Translations under genes and position numbers: made by a program
Shown here: positions 1 through 10,492 of the stretch, in pieces
How positions within the stretch are numbered: position 1 is the stretch's first letter
How the letters are laid out: every line of letters starts with the position of its first letter
NCBI GenBank assembly: GCA_964513215.1
Contig: CAZELU010000001.1
Location: 27,773 to 91,772, forward strand
Length of the DNA stretch: 64,000 nt
Source: an uncultured Bifidobacterium sp.
GTDB taxonomy: Bacteria > Actinomycetota > Acidimicrobiia > Acidimicrobiales > Ilumatobacteraceae
Direction of reading: 5' to 3'
Notes under the pieces: generated by a model
Seen by the model: only the letters and a program-made list of their open reading frames with translations
What the model was told of the DNA's origin: nothing
The model's database searches: none

Positions 1-1460
1 AGCTCGGTCAGACTGCCGTACACGTCGATGCGCGGGTACTGCGGGTCGTCGCTCTTCCACACCGGAATGGGTGAACCCCAGAAACGATTACGGCTGATCG
101 ACCAGTCGCGAGCATTGGCCAGCCACTTGCCGAACGAGCCTTCTTTGATGTGCTCGGGCACCCACCGAATGCGCTGATTCAGTTCGACCATGCGGTCCTT
201 GATGCGCGTCACTTCGACGAACCACGAGGAGATGGCCCGATAGACGAGCGGTTCGTTGCAGCGCCAGCAGTGGGGGTACGCGTGGTCGTACGAGTCGTGG
301 CGAACGACGACGCCAACCGACTTCAGATGCTTGATGATCGACGGGTTGGCTTCGAACACGTGCTGGCCGACCCAGTCGGTCACTTCAGCGGTGTAGCAAC
401 CGTGGCTGTCCATCGGACACACGACCGGGATACCCGATGCCTGACACGCGTTCTGGTCGTCTTCGCCGAAGCCAGGCGCCATGTGCACGACGCCGGTTCC
501 GTCTTCGGTGGTCACGAAATCGGCGCCGAGAACCTGGAACGCGTTCTCGGTGTCGGCGAAGTAGGGGAACAACGGTTGATAGCGGCGACCGACCAGATCG
601 GAGCCGCGCAGCGTGGCCACCACCTCGTTGCCGATCTCGCGCTCGTAGGCCGCCAGCCGGGCCGAGGCCACGATCAGGCGCCGACCCTCGTGCGCGACCA
701 CCGAGTACTCGACATCGGGCGCGACGGCCAGCGCGAGGTTGGAGGGCAGCGTCCACGGGGTGGTGGTCCAGGCAAGGATCTCGTCACCACTCTCGAGGCG
801 GAATGCGACGGTGAGCGCCGGATCCTGGCGATCGCGATACACGTCGTCCATGCGCGTCTCGGTGTTGCTGAGCGGAGTCTCGCACCGCCAGCAATACGCC
901 AACACGCGGTTGCCCTCGTAGACCAGACCCTTGTCCCACAACGTCTTGAAAGCCCACATGACGCTCTCCATGTACGAGAGGTCGAGCGTCTTGTAGTCGT
1001 TGTCGAAGTCGACCCACCGAGCTTGGCGGGTGACATAGCGCTCCCACTCGCTCGTGTAGCGCAGCACACTCGAACGGCAGAACTCGTTGAACTTCTCGAT
1101 GCCGTATTCGGTGACTTCGGGATGACCCGAGATGCCGAGTTGCTTCTCGGCTTCGACTTCGGCCGGCAATCCGTGGCAGTCCCAGCCGAAGCGCCGCTCG
1201 ACTCGGCGCCCGCGCATGGTGTGGTAGCGCGGCACCGCATCCTTCACGAACCCGGTGAGTAGGTGACCGTAGTGGGGCAGACCGTTGGCGAAGGGCGGAC
1301 CGTCGTAGAAGACGAACTCGTTGTCGCCGTTCGGCCCCGCGGGACGAGCCGACACCGAGGCCTCGAAGGCCTGCTGCGCGTGCCAGCGGTCGAGCACCGA
1401 CGTTTCGATCGTCGGGAACGATGGCTGCGGTTCGACCGCCGGGTACTGATGGCCAGACAT
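1..1460 (-). CDS. ileS: Isoleucyl-tRNA synthetase, N-terminal ~486 aa (3' end runs off the window)
   Basis: Absent from the ORF track because it is open at the window edge. Manual translation of the minus strand from ATG 1460..1458 gives [19 protein letters not shown]...[21 protein letters not shown] (HIGH-type motif), [12 protein letters not shown], and [23 protein letters not shown], with no stop down to nt 1. Confidence 0.9.
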   Translation of the reverse strand, partial: MSGHQYPAVEPQPSFPTIETSVLDRWHAQQAFEASVSARPAGPNGDNEFVFYDGPPFANGLPHYGHLLTGFVKDAVPRYHTMRGRRVERRFGWDCHGLPAEVEAEKQLGISGHPEVTEYGIEKFNEFCRSSVLRYTSEWERYVTRQARWVDFDNDYKTLDLSYMESVMWAFKTLWDKGLVYEGNRVLAYCWRCETPLSNTETRMDDVYRDRQDPALTVAFRLESGDEILAWTTTPWTLPSNLALAVAPDVEYSVVAHEGRRLIVASARLAAYEREIGNEVVATLRGSDLVGRRYQPLFPYFADTENAFQVLGADFVTTEDGTGVVHMAPGFGEDDQNACQASGIPVVCPMDSHGCYTAEVTDWVGQHVFEANPSIIKHLKSVGVVVRHDSYDHAYPHCWRCNEPLVYRAISSWFVEVTRIKDRMVELNQRIRWVPEHIKEGSFGKWLANARDWSISRNRFWGSPIPVWKSDDPQYPRIDVYGSLTE

Positions 1461-1489
1461 GAGCGGGCCCAGGCTACGAGCGCCCGCGC

Positions 1490-1720
1490 TCAGAGCACCT
1501 GAAGGATGACGTTCAAGACCAGGATCACGATGAGCGGCGAAAGATCGAGTCCGCCGAACGACGGCAGCGCCCGTCGCACGGGGCCCAGCACGGGTTCGGT
1601 GACGCGGTAGACGATTTCACTCACGGGGCGCGGGCCACCCCCGGGGAACCACGACAGAACCACACGCACGATCAACGCGATCTGGAACACGAAGATGATG
1701 GTGGCGATGAATCCGGACAT
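1490..1720 (-). CDS. yggT: YggT family membrane protein
   Basis: 76-aa ORF with two hydrophobic helices ([22 protein letters not shown] and [17 protein letters not shown]). It sits in the canonical position after sepF in the ylm block. Confidence 0.8.
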   Translation of the reverse strand: MSGFIATIIFVFQIALIVRVVLSWFPGGGPRPVSEIVYRVTEPVLGPVRRALPSFGGLDLSPLIVILVLNVILQVL

Positions 1721-1729
1721 GGGCGTAAC

Positions 1730-2224
1730 TCAGTACGCGTCGGGATTCGATCGAGCGGCTGGCTTCAAGAGGTACACACCCTTGGCGACCTTTTCGATCT
1801 TGCCGTGAAGTCCGTAGGCCAGTCCGCTCGAGAAGTCGACCATGCGGCGTGCGACTTCGGCATCGCAGCCCTCGGTGTTGAGGATCACGGGGTGGCCGTC
1901 GCGATAACGATTGGCCACTTCCTGGATGTCGTTGAAACGAATGGCCTTCACGGTGTACGGCTCACCGGGAGCACCCGGGGTGCCGATGGTTCGCACACTC
2001 GATGTCTGGCGGCCCGAGATCGGACGCGGCTGAATCGACGAGTCATCGACTGCGGGACGCCGGGCCGGAACGGGCTCGGTGTCGCGCGGTGTGACCTGAC
2101 GGGCCACCGGACGAGACGGCTCGTCGTACGTCGTGCGATCGGCCGCTTGCGGCTCGTCGTAATCGTCGTACGCGTCGTCCTCGCCGAGACCGAGGTAATC
2201 CATCGCTCGCCGGAAAATCGACAT
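1730..2224 (-). CDS. sepF: Cell division protein SepF
   Basis: ORF 1730..2371 trimmed to ATG 2224 (MSIFRRAMDYLGLGEDD). The C-terminal SepF core reads AIRFNDIQEVANRYRDGHPVILN...MVDFSSGLAYGLHGKIEKVAKGVYLL. The longer N-terminus would overlap yggS. Confidence 0.85.
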   Translation of the reverse strand: MSIFRRAMDYLGLGEDDAYDDYDEPQAADRTTYDEPSRPVARQVTPRDTEPVPARRPAVDDSSIQPRPISGRQTSSVRTIGTPGAPGEPYTVKAIRFNDIQEVANRYRDGHPVILNTEGCDAEVARRMVDFSSGLAYGLHGKIEKVAKGVYLLKPAARSNPDAY

Positions 2225-2249
2225 GGTGGCCGAATCGTACTCCAGGGGT

Positions 2250-2896
<647 letters not shown>

Positions 2897-2900
<4 letters not shown>

Positions 2901-3577
2901 GCTGGCGGCTCCCCGATCCAGGCACCGAACACGTGTCGCTGGCTCTCACGACGGACGCGATGCGAGAAGAAGGCGTCGGCGCGGCACCCGGTGCAACGAC
3001 CCACATCGACGATCGACGCGATACCCAACCGAGCGAGAACGATGCGGATCGCGGCGTTCACATCGAAGGCCGGTCGCGACTCACGGGTGACTCCGCACAC
3101 TGCCGCGCCGAAACGGTGGGCCAGTCGGTCGAGGTCGTCGGATCCGAACTCGTAACAGCACGCCCGAATGTGCGGTCCGATGATCGCGCCCCGAAGCGAA
3201 TCACCCGTCGACACCATGGTGTCGACCGCCGATTCGACGACACCGTCCTCGAGTCCGCGCCAACCGGCGTGCACGACCGCGATCGACCGGTCCCCCACCA
3301 GTCCGATCGGTGCACAATCGCCGACCCACACTCCGATCGGCGTCGACACGGCCGATGTCACGATGGCGTCTCCGTCACGACCACAGTGTTCACCGGCGGC
3401 GCTGACGACACGTACCACCGAGCCATGCTCTTCGGTGAGCAACGTCCAACGCTCGGAGTGAATGGTGGACGTGACCCGACTCCAATCGGGACCGTCGAGA
3501 CGTGCATCACCGTCACGGCGCGTTCCGATGGCGAAGGTGACCTCGGGTCGACTGGGCCAGGCCACCAGGGCGGCCAC
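2897..3577 (-). CDS. pgeF: YfiH/PgeF (DUF152, YlmD) family protein
   Basis: Motifs VHAGWRGL, GPHIRACCYEFG and CTGCRADAFFSHR. It lies immediately downstream of ftsZ and overlaps the yggS start by 4 nt. Confidence 0.85.
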
Positions 3578-3582
3578 GACGG

Positions 3583-4695
3583 TTACTTCAAGAACGACGG
3601 AACGTCGAAATCGTCGTCACCGTCACCGTCGCCGAACGACAGCGGATCGGACGAGAAGATGTCCTTGGACGGCGCCGACGGACGCGCGTCCTTCGGAGCC
3701 GAGCGGCCGGAGGGTCGCGCGGTGGGCTTCACCTGCGGCGCACCGTCCCATCGATCGAAGCCGGCCGCGATGACGGTGACCTTGACCTCGTCGCCCATCT
3801 CGTCGTTGATGACGGTTCCGAAGATGATGTTGGCGTCCTGATGCGCGATGCCGTGAATGATCTCGGCGGCTTCGTTCATCTCCATGAGGGTCATCGTGGA
3901 CGGACCGGTGACGTTGAGCAGGACACCGCGTGCACCTTCGATGGACGCCTCGAGCAGATTGCTCGACAACGCCTTGAGCGCGGCGTCGCGCGCACGGCTG
4001 TCGCCACTGGCGGTACCGATACCCATGAGCGCCGAACCGGCGTTCTGCAACGTCATCTTCACGTCGGCGAAGTCGGTGTTGATGAGACCCGGATTGGTGA
4101 TGAGTTCGGAAATACCCGACACGCCGCTGTACAGAACCTCGTCAGCCTTGCTGAAGGCTTCGATGACGGTGTCGCGTGAGTCGACGACCGACAGCAGACG
4201 ATCGTTCGGGACGACGATGAGCGTGTCGACCTTTTCCTTGAGCTTGGCGATACCGGAGTCGGCCTGCACCGCACGGCGACGGCCTTCGAACGAGAACGGA
4301 CGCGTGACGATGCCGATGGTCAAAGCACCGACGCTCTTGGCGATCTCGGCCACGATGGGCGCGGCACCGGTTCCGGTTCCGCCGCCCTCGCCAGCAGCGA
4401 TGAAGACCATGTCGGAGCCCTTGAGCGCGTCCTCGATCTCGTCGCGATGCGCCTCGGCGGCCTGACGACCCACTTCAGGGTCGCTGCCAGCGCCGAGACC
4501 ACGGGTGAGTTCACGGCCGATGTCGAGCTTCAACTCGGCGTCGCTCGTCATCAGCGCCTGGATGTCGGTGTTGATGGCGATGAACTCGACACCACGGAGG
4601 TTGCGCTCGATCATGCGGTTGACGGCGTTGACTCCGCCTCCGCCCACGCCGACCACCTTGATCTGGCAGATGTAGTTGTTGCGGCTCCCGGCCAT
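3583..4695 (-). CDS. ftsZ: Cell division GTPase FtsZ
   Basis: ORF trimmed to ATG 4695, which is preceded by GGAGGA. Contains [13 protein letters not shown], the tubulin signature [14 protein letters not shown], and the C-terminal peptide [11 protein letters not shown]. Confidence 0.97.
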   Translation of the reverse strand: MAGSRNNYICQIKVVGVGGGGVNAVNRMIERNLRGVEFIAINTDIQALMTSDAELKLDIGRELTRGLGAGSDPEVGRQAAEAHRDEIEDALKGSDMVFIAAGEGGGTGTGAAPIVAEIAKSVGALTIGIVTRPFSFEGRRRAVQADSGIAKLKEKVDTLIVVPNDRLLSVVDSRDTVIEAFSKADEVLYSGVSGISELITNPGLINTDFADVKMTLQNAGSALMGIGTASGDSRARDAALKALSSNLLEASIEGARGVLLNVTGPSTMTLMEMNEAAEIIHGIAHQDANIIFGTVINDEMGDEVKVTVIAAGFDRWDGAPQVKPTARPSGRSAPKDARPSAPSKDIFSSDPLSFGDGDGDDDFDVPSFLK

Positions 4696-4765
4696 CGACT
4701 CCTCCGATTCAGAGTTGGGGCACATTCTCGCAGTTCAGGGCCATGGGTGGTGGGATACCCGGACC

Positions 4766-5854
4766 TCAGCGGACGCTCGGCTCGCCGGTCGAGACGTCGA
4801 TCACCGAATACGACCGCGACCCCTGCCGCTTGATCTCGTTGACCACGCCGACCAATTTGTCCTGGAACCCCTCGGGTCGGCCGAACAGCACCGTGACCCC
4901 GTCGGTCAACTCGAGGGACAACTCCCCCTCCGGGCTGGCGGCGGCCGAGATCACGCGTAGGCGCAGGTCGCGGGGCAGAGCGTTGAGGAGTTGGACTGCA
5001 CCGAGGAACGGTTGGCCCACGAGATCACCTGGGGTCAGGTTGGGGCCGGTTCCTCGGATGGGCGGGTAGTCGACCGGGTCGCCTTCGATGACGTCGAGCA
5101 CACGGCCATCGATGTCGATCACACGGTTGAAACCATCGACGGCCCGGAAGAACGCCATCGGTGTGCGTTCGGCGATTTGGATCATCACGCGCGAGGGAAG
5201 ATGCATCGACACCCGTGCCGCCTTGATCCAGGGAATCGCTTCGAGATCGGACTCGGCTCCCGACAAGTCGGCCGTGAGGATCGGGTCGCCCTTCAGCGAT
5301 GCGACGACTTCGCCGACTCGCTCGGGGTCGGCGTAGACGACGCCCTCCACGTCGACCTGGCGGATCGACAGGATCGGACTCGCCAGCAACAAGAGTGCGA
5401 CGAGTGCCGCCGCGACCACACCGCCGACCACCACGACCCAACGCAGACGTCGACGCCCAGCCGCGCGCCGAACCGCAATACGTCGCTCGCGGAATCGCGA
5501 GCGTCCGATGGGAGCCGCTTGCGTGCCGCGTTCGGCCCGCGGCGCGTCGTCGGAGATCACGAACCGGGTCTTGCCGCCCACACTCTTCTTCGCTGGCCCC
5601 GACGGCTTGTTCGACGTCTTGGCGGTCGACGTCTTGGCGGTCGACGGCTTGTTCGGCGTCTTGGCGGATGAACTGCGCGAGCGCTTGGCCCAACCGATCA
5701 GATCGGGTCGGGGCAGACGACGCCTGGGTTCGCGAACCTTCGTGCGCGACACGTCGCGCTCATCGTCACCGTGATCATCATCGTTCTCGTGCTCAGTGAA
5801 CGCCGAGGCGAGTTCGGCCTCCACATCGGGATCGACGTCGTCGAAACTCGTCAT
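4766..5854 (-). CDS. ftsQ: Cell division protein FtsQ/DivIB
   Basis: K/R/T-rich cytoplasmic tail, a single TM (WVVVVGGVVAAALVALLLL), then a POTRA-like ILSIRQVDVEGVVYADPERV. ATGA overlap with the murB stop. Confidence 0.85.
   Translation of the reverse strand: MTSFDDVDPDVEAELASAFTEHENDDDHGDDERDVSRTKVREPRRRLPRPDLIGWAKRSRSSSAKTPNKPSTAKTSTAKTSNKPSGPAKKSVGGKTRFVISDDAPRAERGTQAAPIGRSRFRERRIAVRRAAGRRRLRWVVVVGGVVAAALVALLLLASPILSIRQVDVEGVVYADPERVGEVVASLKGDPILTADLSGAESDLEAIPWIKAARVSMHLPSRVMIQIAERTPMAFFRAVDGFNRVIDIDGRVLDVIEGDPVDYPPIRGTGPNLTPGDLVGQPFLGAVQLLNALPRDLRLRVISAAASPEGELSLELTDGVTVLFGRPEGFQDKLVGVVNEIKRQGSRSYSVIDVSTGEPSVR
5611..5640. repeat. Perfect 15-nt tandem duplication (tcgacgtcttggcgg x2) inside the ftsQ tail
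   Basis: Read directly from the sequence. It encodes the TAKTS-TAKTS part of the lysine-rich FtsQ N-terminal tail. Confidence 0.8.
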
Positions 5855-6819
5855 GCGAAACCGACCAAACGGACTTCGGAGCGCAGATCGTGCCCCGATT
5901 CGGACAACACGAGGTCGTGGACGTGGCGCATCACGGCCATCACATCGGATGCCCTTCCGCCCTCGTCGGCCTGGATGAAGTTGGCGTGCTTGGCCGACAC
6001 CTCAGCCGTTCCGATGCGAAAACCCCGCAGACCGGCTCGATCGATGAGCTCACCAGCCGACAACACACCCGGAATCGGATTCACGAACACCGAACCAGCA
6101 TTCTGACCTCCGGGCTGGTTCTCCCGGCGCCATTTGACGATGTCGTCGATCACTCTCTGAGCCTCGGTCGCGTCACCCGGTTCGACCCGTAGGCGCGCTT
6201 CCACGACCACACGGCGATCGTCGAGATCGGATCCGCGGAAGCGCAGTCCGAGTTCGTGGTGAGTCCAGGTGCGCGTGGCGCCCGTGGAGAGATCGACCAC
6301 AAGGACGTCCACGAGCGAGGCCGCCATGTCGGAGCCATGCCCACCGGCGTTCATGCGCACCGCACCACCCACCGATCCGGGGACACCAACTGCCCACTCG
6401 AGTCCGCACCAGCCGGCTGCGGCGGTGCGACGAGCGAGGATCGGCAAACTCGTGGCCGCGCCGACGCGCACGATCGGACTCGACACACCGTGATCGGGCA
6501 ACTCGACGAACGTCGCGAAATCTCCGAGTTGTAGCACCACTCCGTCGAAGCCGTCGTCGGCCACCAGCATGTTGCTCCCGCGGCCGATCACGAGTGTCGT
6601 TACGTCGAGCGCACTGCAGGCCGCGGCCACTCGATCGAGTTCGGCACGTGATTCGACCGTCACGAAAGCCGCCGCCGACCCGCCCACGCGATACGTGGTG
6701 AGCGGACCAATCGGCACATCGAAACGAATCCGATCGCCGAGACGTTTCTGGAGTTCGTCGCGCACGTCAGAGCGCACCGCGCACCTCGAGAATCTCACGC
6801 GGCAAGAATTCGATGTCAC
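5851..6819 (-). CDS. murB: UDP-N-acetylenolpyruvoylglucosamine reductase
   Basis: Motifs TTYRVGGSAAAFV, LVIGRGSNMLV and GVPGSVGGAVRMNAGGHG. The start is uncertain: the ORF start at 6819 lies 53 nt inside murC, and in-frame GTGs at 6777 and 6765 are alternatives. Confidence 0.9.
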   Translation of the reverse strand: MTSNSCRVRFSRCAVRSDVRDELQKRLGDRIRFDVPIGPLTTYRVGGSAAAFVTVESRAELDRVAAACSALDVTTLVIGRGSNMLVADDGFDGVVLQLGDFATFVELPDHGVSSPIVRVGAATSLPILARRTAAAGWCGLEWAVGVPGSVGGAVRMNAGGHGSDMAASLVDVLVVDLSTGATRTWTHHELGLRFRGSDLDDRRVVVEARLRVEPGDATEAQRVIDDIVKWRRENQPGGQNAGSVFVNPIPGVLSAGELIDRAGLRGFRIGTAEVSAKHANFIQADEGGRASDVMAVMRHVHDLVLSESGHDLRSEVRLVGFA

Positions 6820-8146
6820 CGCATCCCATCGAGATGCACACGTCTCCCGGTTCGACGAGGGCCGAAACCGCCCGGGCCAGGTCGCTACGACCGGCGACCC
6901 ACTCGACTCGAGCGTCGGGATGTCGAGAACGCACGGCGTCGACCACCAAGTGCCCGGTGACGCCCGGGATCGGTGTGGTTCCCGACGAATAGATGTCGGT
7001 CAACACGACCACGTCGGCATCGACGAACGCGTCGGCGTACTCCGGAGCCATGGTGGCCATGCGGTTGTACCGATTGGGCTGGAAGACGGCCACGATGCGT
7101 TTCCACTCCCCGCCCGCCCGCGCAGCGGCCAGAACCGCGGCGATCTCGCGTGGCAAGTGCGCGTAGTCGTCGACGAACGTCGCACCGTCGGCACGGCCGA
7201 CGACATCGAATCGACGACCCACACCACCGAACGCTTCGACTCCTCGGATCGCTTCGTCGATGTCGACACCGAACTCGGTGGCCAGCGCCAGAGCCCCACA
7301 CGCATTGGCCACGTTGTGCCGACCGCGCAGGGGCAGCCGAACCGTTCGTTGACCGAACGTCCCGCTGATCGTGAACCGCATGGCGTCGCTCTCAGCGAGC
7401 ACATCGCTCCACTTCACGTGGCAACCCGCGTCGGCGCCGTACGTGACGAGCTGCCGCAGGCCGGCCGAGCGGGCCACGGTTCGGGCGATCTCGTCGTCCC
7501 AACCCACCACGACGGGGCCGTCGACTCCGGCCATGAAGGCTGCGAAATCACGTTGAAGATCGTCGAAGGATCCGAAGTGGTCGAGATGGTCGACATCGAT
7601 GTTGGTGATGATCGCACCACGCAATGGAAGCGTGCGGTAGGTGCCGTCGCTCTCGTCGGCCTCGACGACCATGTGCGGTCCACCCGTCCACGCTGCGCCG
7701 GTTCCGAGATCGATCACGTCACCGCCGATGACGAAGTTGGGTTCGAGCGACGACATGGCGGCTCGCAAGAGCGAAGACGTCGTCGTCTTGCCGTGAGTGC
7801 CGGCCACACCGAGCGCCGTGGTTCGCGCGCAAATGGCCGCGAGCATCTGCGAACGGTGCATGACACGCACGCCGGCCTCATTCGCCGCACGAACTTCCAC
7901 GTTGTCGAGTGGCACAGCGGTCGAATACGTGACCGCATCACAACCCGACACCAGCCGAGGATCGTGCCCGATGGTGACCGACACGCCAGCCGCGCGGACG
8001 TTGGCGAGCACGGCCGTCTCTCGAATGTCACTCCCCGACACACGATGGCCCATCTGCGCCAGCACGATGGCCAGTGCACTCATTCCGGGGCCGCCGACTC
8101 CGATCACATGAAGACGACGGGTCGTCGACAGATCGAGATCAGCCAC
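6767..8146 (-). CDS. murC: UDP-N-acetylmuramate--L-alanine ligase
   Basis: Motifs HVIGVGGPGMSALA, the Mur-ligase P-loop GVAGTHGKTTTSSLL, and FVDDYAHLP. Confidence 0.93.
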   Translation of the reverse strand: MADLDLSTTRRLHVIGVGGPGMSALAIVLAQMGHRVSGSDIRETAVLANVRAAGVSVTIGHDPRLVSGCDAVTYSTAVPLDNVEVRAANEAGVRVMHRSQMLAAICARTTALGVAGTHGKTTTSSLLRAAMSSLEPNFVIGGDVIDLGTGAAWTGGPHMVVEADESDGTYRTLPLRGAIITNIDVDHLDHFGSFDDLQRDFAAFMAGVDGPVVVGWDDEIARTVARSAGLRQLVTYGADAGCHVKWSDVLAESDAMRFTISGTFGQRTVRLPLRGRHNVANACGALALATEFGVDIDEAIRGVEAFGGVGRRFDVVGRADGATFVDDYAHLPREIAAVLAAARAGGEWKRIVAVFQPNRYNRMATMAPEYADAFVDADVVVLTDIYSSGTTPIPGVTGHLVVDAVRSRHPDARVEWVAGRSDLARAVSALVEPGDVCISMGCGDIEFLPREILEVRGAL

Positions 8147-9260
8147 GCTGAGCGACCTCGTCGATCAACTCGGCGATCGCCCCCCGACGATTGAGATCAC
8201 CGAGGTCGTGAGCTCGTGTCGCCAACTGGTCACGCCGGAAGTCGTCGATGCGCAGAGCACGAACCACATCGACCAGCGAATCGACCACATCGTCATCGGA
8301 CAACATCGCTGCTGCACCTCGATCAGCCAACCAACGAACGTTCCCGGTCTGATGATCGTCGGCCGCTCCCGACCACGGAACCAAGATCGATGGAACACCC
8401 ACACTCGCCACTTCGGCAATGGTTCCCGCTCCCCCACGACCCACGAAGAGGTCGCACCCCGCGTACACGTCGCGGATGGCGTCGTCGTATCCGATGACGT
8501 CGTAACGGATGCCACCGCTCGTGGTGATGATGTCGTTCATTCGTTGAGTCACATCGGCGAGGAAACGATCGCCGACGACATGACGTACGGCGAGAGTCGA
8601 ATCGGATGCCGATTCTCGCACCAACTTCTCCACCGCGGAGTTCAACCCGGCGGAACCGAGGGATCCACCCACCGCGACCACGAGGAACCGATCGGGGCCC
8701 ACACCCAAGCGCTGCCGCGCCGCCCGGCGGTCGATCGTGCGGTCGATACGGCGAATCTCCCGACGAACCGGTGCGCCGGTGTGGCGAGCGCGCGGCAGTG
8801 GTGAATCGGGAAACGCCACGGCGCACGCCGCGGCCCAGCGCGCGGTGATCTCACTCGAACGACCGGGGCGACGGTCGTAACTCACCACGACGATCGGAAT
8901 GCGCAAGCGACGCGCGGCCAGAACGGCAGGGAGGCTCGCGTATCCGCCGACACTCACGACCACACGCGGTCGATCGGCCTTGAACATCGCGATCGCTCGA
9001 CGACGCGCGGCCAGCAGACGCGGAACGAAACCGATGTTGTCGGACATCCGGTCGAACGAACGCTGTAATCCGACGACGTCGAAGAAGGTGTGGGGAACGC
9101 CGGTCGGCGGAACGAGGCGGGTCTCGACGCCGCGTTGTGCCCCGAAGTAACGCAAGGTGTCGAGGGAATGGCCGCGATCGACGAGGGCTTCGATCACGGC
9201 CAGAGCGGGCAGAACGTGCCCGGAGGTCCCGCCGCCAGTGACGACGGCGTGGACGGTCAT
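8139..9260 (-). CDS. murG: Lipid II synthase MurG (GT28 UDP-GlcNAc transferase)
   Basis: ORF 8139..9857 trimmed to ATG 9260, which forms an ATGA overlap with the ftsW stop. The protein starts MTVHAVVTGGGTSGHVLPALAV. The upstream 199 codons are an Arg-rich out-of-frame overlap with ftsW. Confidence 0.92.
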   Translation of the reverse strand: MTVHAVVTGGGTSGHVLPALAVIEALVDRGHSLDTLRYFGAQRGVETRLVPPTGVPHTFFDVVGLQRSFDRMSDNIGFVPRLLAARRRAIAMFKADRPRVVVSVGGYASLPAVLAARRLRIPIVVVSYDRRPGRSSEITARWAAACAVAFPDSPLPRARHTGAPVRREIRRIDRTIDRRAARQRLGVGPDRFLVVAVGGSLGSAGLNSAVEKLVRESASDSTLAVRHVVGDRFLADVTQRMNDIITTSGGIRYDVIGYDDAIRDVYAGCDLFVGRGGAGTIAEVASVGVPSILVPWSGAADDHQTGNVRWLADRGAAAMLSDDDVVDSLVDVVRALRIDDFRRDQLATRAHDLGDLNRRGAIAELIDEVAQRG

Positions 9261-10492
9261 CGCGGGCGACGGGCGACGTTCATCAGAAGTCCGGCGGCAG
9301 CCATCGATGCGATGAGCGAACTTCCACCGAAGGAGATGAACGGAAGTGTGAGTCCCGTCACGGGCATGATGCCTATCACACCACCGATGTTGATGGTCAC
9401 CTGCACCGTCATCCAACAGCCGATGCCGGCCGCGACCAGGAATCCGAAACGATGGCGACACGACAGCGCCACCTGGAACGCGAAGTAGATGAGGAACGCG
9501 AAGAGTGTCATCAGGCCGAGTACGCCGAGAAGACCCATCTCCTCGCCGACGATCGAGAAGATGAAGTCGCTGTGGGCGATCGGGACGTAACCCCACTTGC
9601 CGGTGCCGGCGCCGATACCCGTTCCGGTGAGACCGCCGTTCGAGAGGCTGATGAGTGCTTGGTACACCTGGTAGCCGTCGCTCTCGCGGGTCCCATGAAT
9701 GTCGAGGAACGACGTGATGCGCGACAACTTGTCGGGGTCCTGCGCCACGTAGAGAGCACCGAGGCAGCCGGCCCCGATGGCGGCGAGGAACATCGGCTTG
9801 AGCGGAGCACCGGCCAGAAACAGCATGCTCACGCCGATGAGCGACAGGACGACACACGAACCGATGTCGCTCTGCACGATCGCGATTCCGGCCGCAAGAG
9901 CGACCACCGTGAGGTACGGCCGCAAGGCCTGAGTGAAGTCGTGGATGCTCTTCTCGCGGCGGGCCAGGAGATCCGCCCCGTACACGATGAGGATCAACTT
10001 CATGAACTCGGCCGGCTGAATGTTGTAGTCGCCGATGTGCACCCAGGCGCGCGCACCGTTGACCGAGGTTCCGATACCCGGAACGAACGACATCAACATG
10101 AAGCCCAGACCGAAGACGGGCAGGGTACGCGCGATCAGCCGGAGTTTGTCGAGCGGCATGCGGTAGGCCATGAAGAGAGCGACACCACCGACGATTGCGT
10201 AGATCGCCTGCTTCGAGAAGAAGAACCAGGGCGAACGACCACGGTGGAACGACACGATCGACGACGACGAGAGAACCATCACGAGACCGAAGAGAACCAG
10301 CGTGAGCGTGACCACTGCGATCACGTAGAAGCCGAGAGGTTTGGGGTCCTTACTGACGCGCTCGACATAACGCGAGCGGCGAGTCGACTTGTTGCGCGAG
10401 CCACGCGCCTGCTCGAGTGCTTGGCGGCGACGTTCGGCGATGGGTGACCGACGATTGCTGGCCCGACGACGGGTCTGGATGGCAACGGTCAT
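9257..10492 (-). CDS. ftsW: SEDS-family cell division protein FtsW
   Basis: Multi-pass membrane protein containing PIAHSDFIFSIVGEEMG. It sits between murD and murG and has an R/K-rich N-terminal tail. Confidence 0.9.
   Translation of the reverse strand: MTVAIQTRRRASNRRSPIAERRRQALEQARGSRNKSTRRSRYVERVSKDPKPLGFYVIAVVTLTLVLFGLVMVLSSSSIVSFHRGRSPWFFFSKQAIYAIVGGVALFMAYRMPLDKLRLIARTLPVFGLGFMLMSFVPGIGTSVNGARAWVHIGDYNIQPAEFMKLILIVYGADLLARREKSIHDFTQALRPYLTVVALAAGIAIVQSDIGSCVVLSLIGVSMLFLAGAPLKPMFLAAIGAGCLGALYVAQDPDKLSRITSFLDIHGTRESDGYQVYQALISLSNGGLTGTGIGAGTGKWGYVPIAHSDFIFSIVGEEMGLLGVLGLMTLFAFLIYFAFQVALSCRHRFGFLVAAGIGCWMTVQVTINIGGVIGIMPVTGLTLPFISFGGSSLIASMAAAGLLMNVARRPR

Noticed and set aside
150-1262. 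370-aa plus-strand ORF
   Set aside because: It is antisense to a clear ileS reading frame. Its composition (R, A, G, V, D, H rich, no motifs) is typical of shadow ORFs in GC-rich DNA.
1463-1487. GCGGGC...GCCCGC inverted repeat between yggT and ileS, considered as a terminator or attenuator
   Set aside because: It has a 6-bp stem, a 13-nt loop and no U-tract. It is too weak to call and far too short to be a T-box.
4724-4732. TGCGAGAAT extended -10-like element upstream of ftsZ
   Set aside because: It is plausible as an internal ftsZ promoter, but it is a single degenerate hexamer with no -35. It is noted in a finding and not listed as a feature.
6569-8194. 541-aa plus-strand ORF, plus similar long antisense ORFs at 10417..11967, 21210..22415, 26731..27792, 34045..35256, 40529..42064, 46998..47978, 55342..56790, 57921..59693 and 60011..61510
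   Set aside because: Each lies opposite a gene with unambiguous family motifs (murC, murD, ACAD, mtrA/mtrB, glk, VWA, dgt, mrdA, mreB, folC/clpX). All are Arg/Gly/Asp/His-rich with no recognisable domains. They are stop-codon-poor antisense frames, not genes.
8139-9857. Very long same-strand ORFs suggesting giant or fused proteins (also 10489..12186, 11826..13397, 48394..49449, 51243..54458, 53189..54502, 54352..56760, 57056..58348 and 59229..59990)
   Set aside because: Their N-terminal parts run through the preceding gene in another frame and are Arg-rich nonsense. In each case an internal ATG or GTG forms a 1- or 4-nt overlap with the upstream stop and begins the recognisable protein, so they were trimmed.
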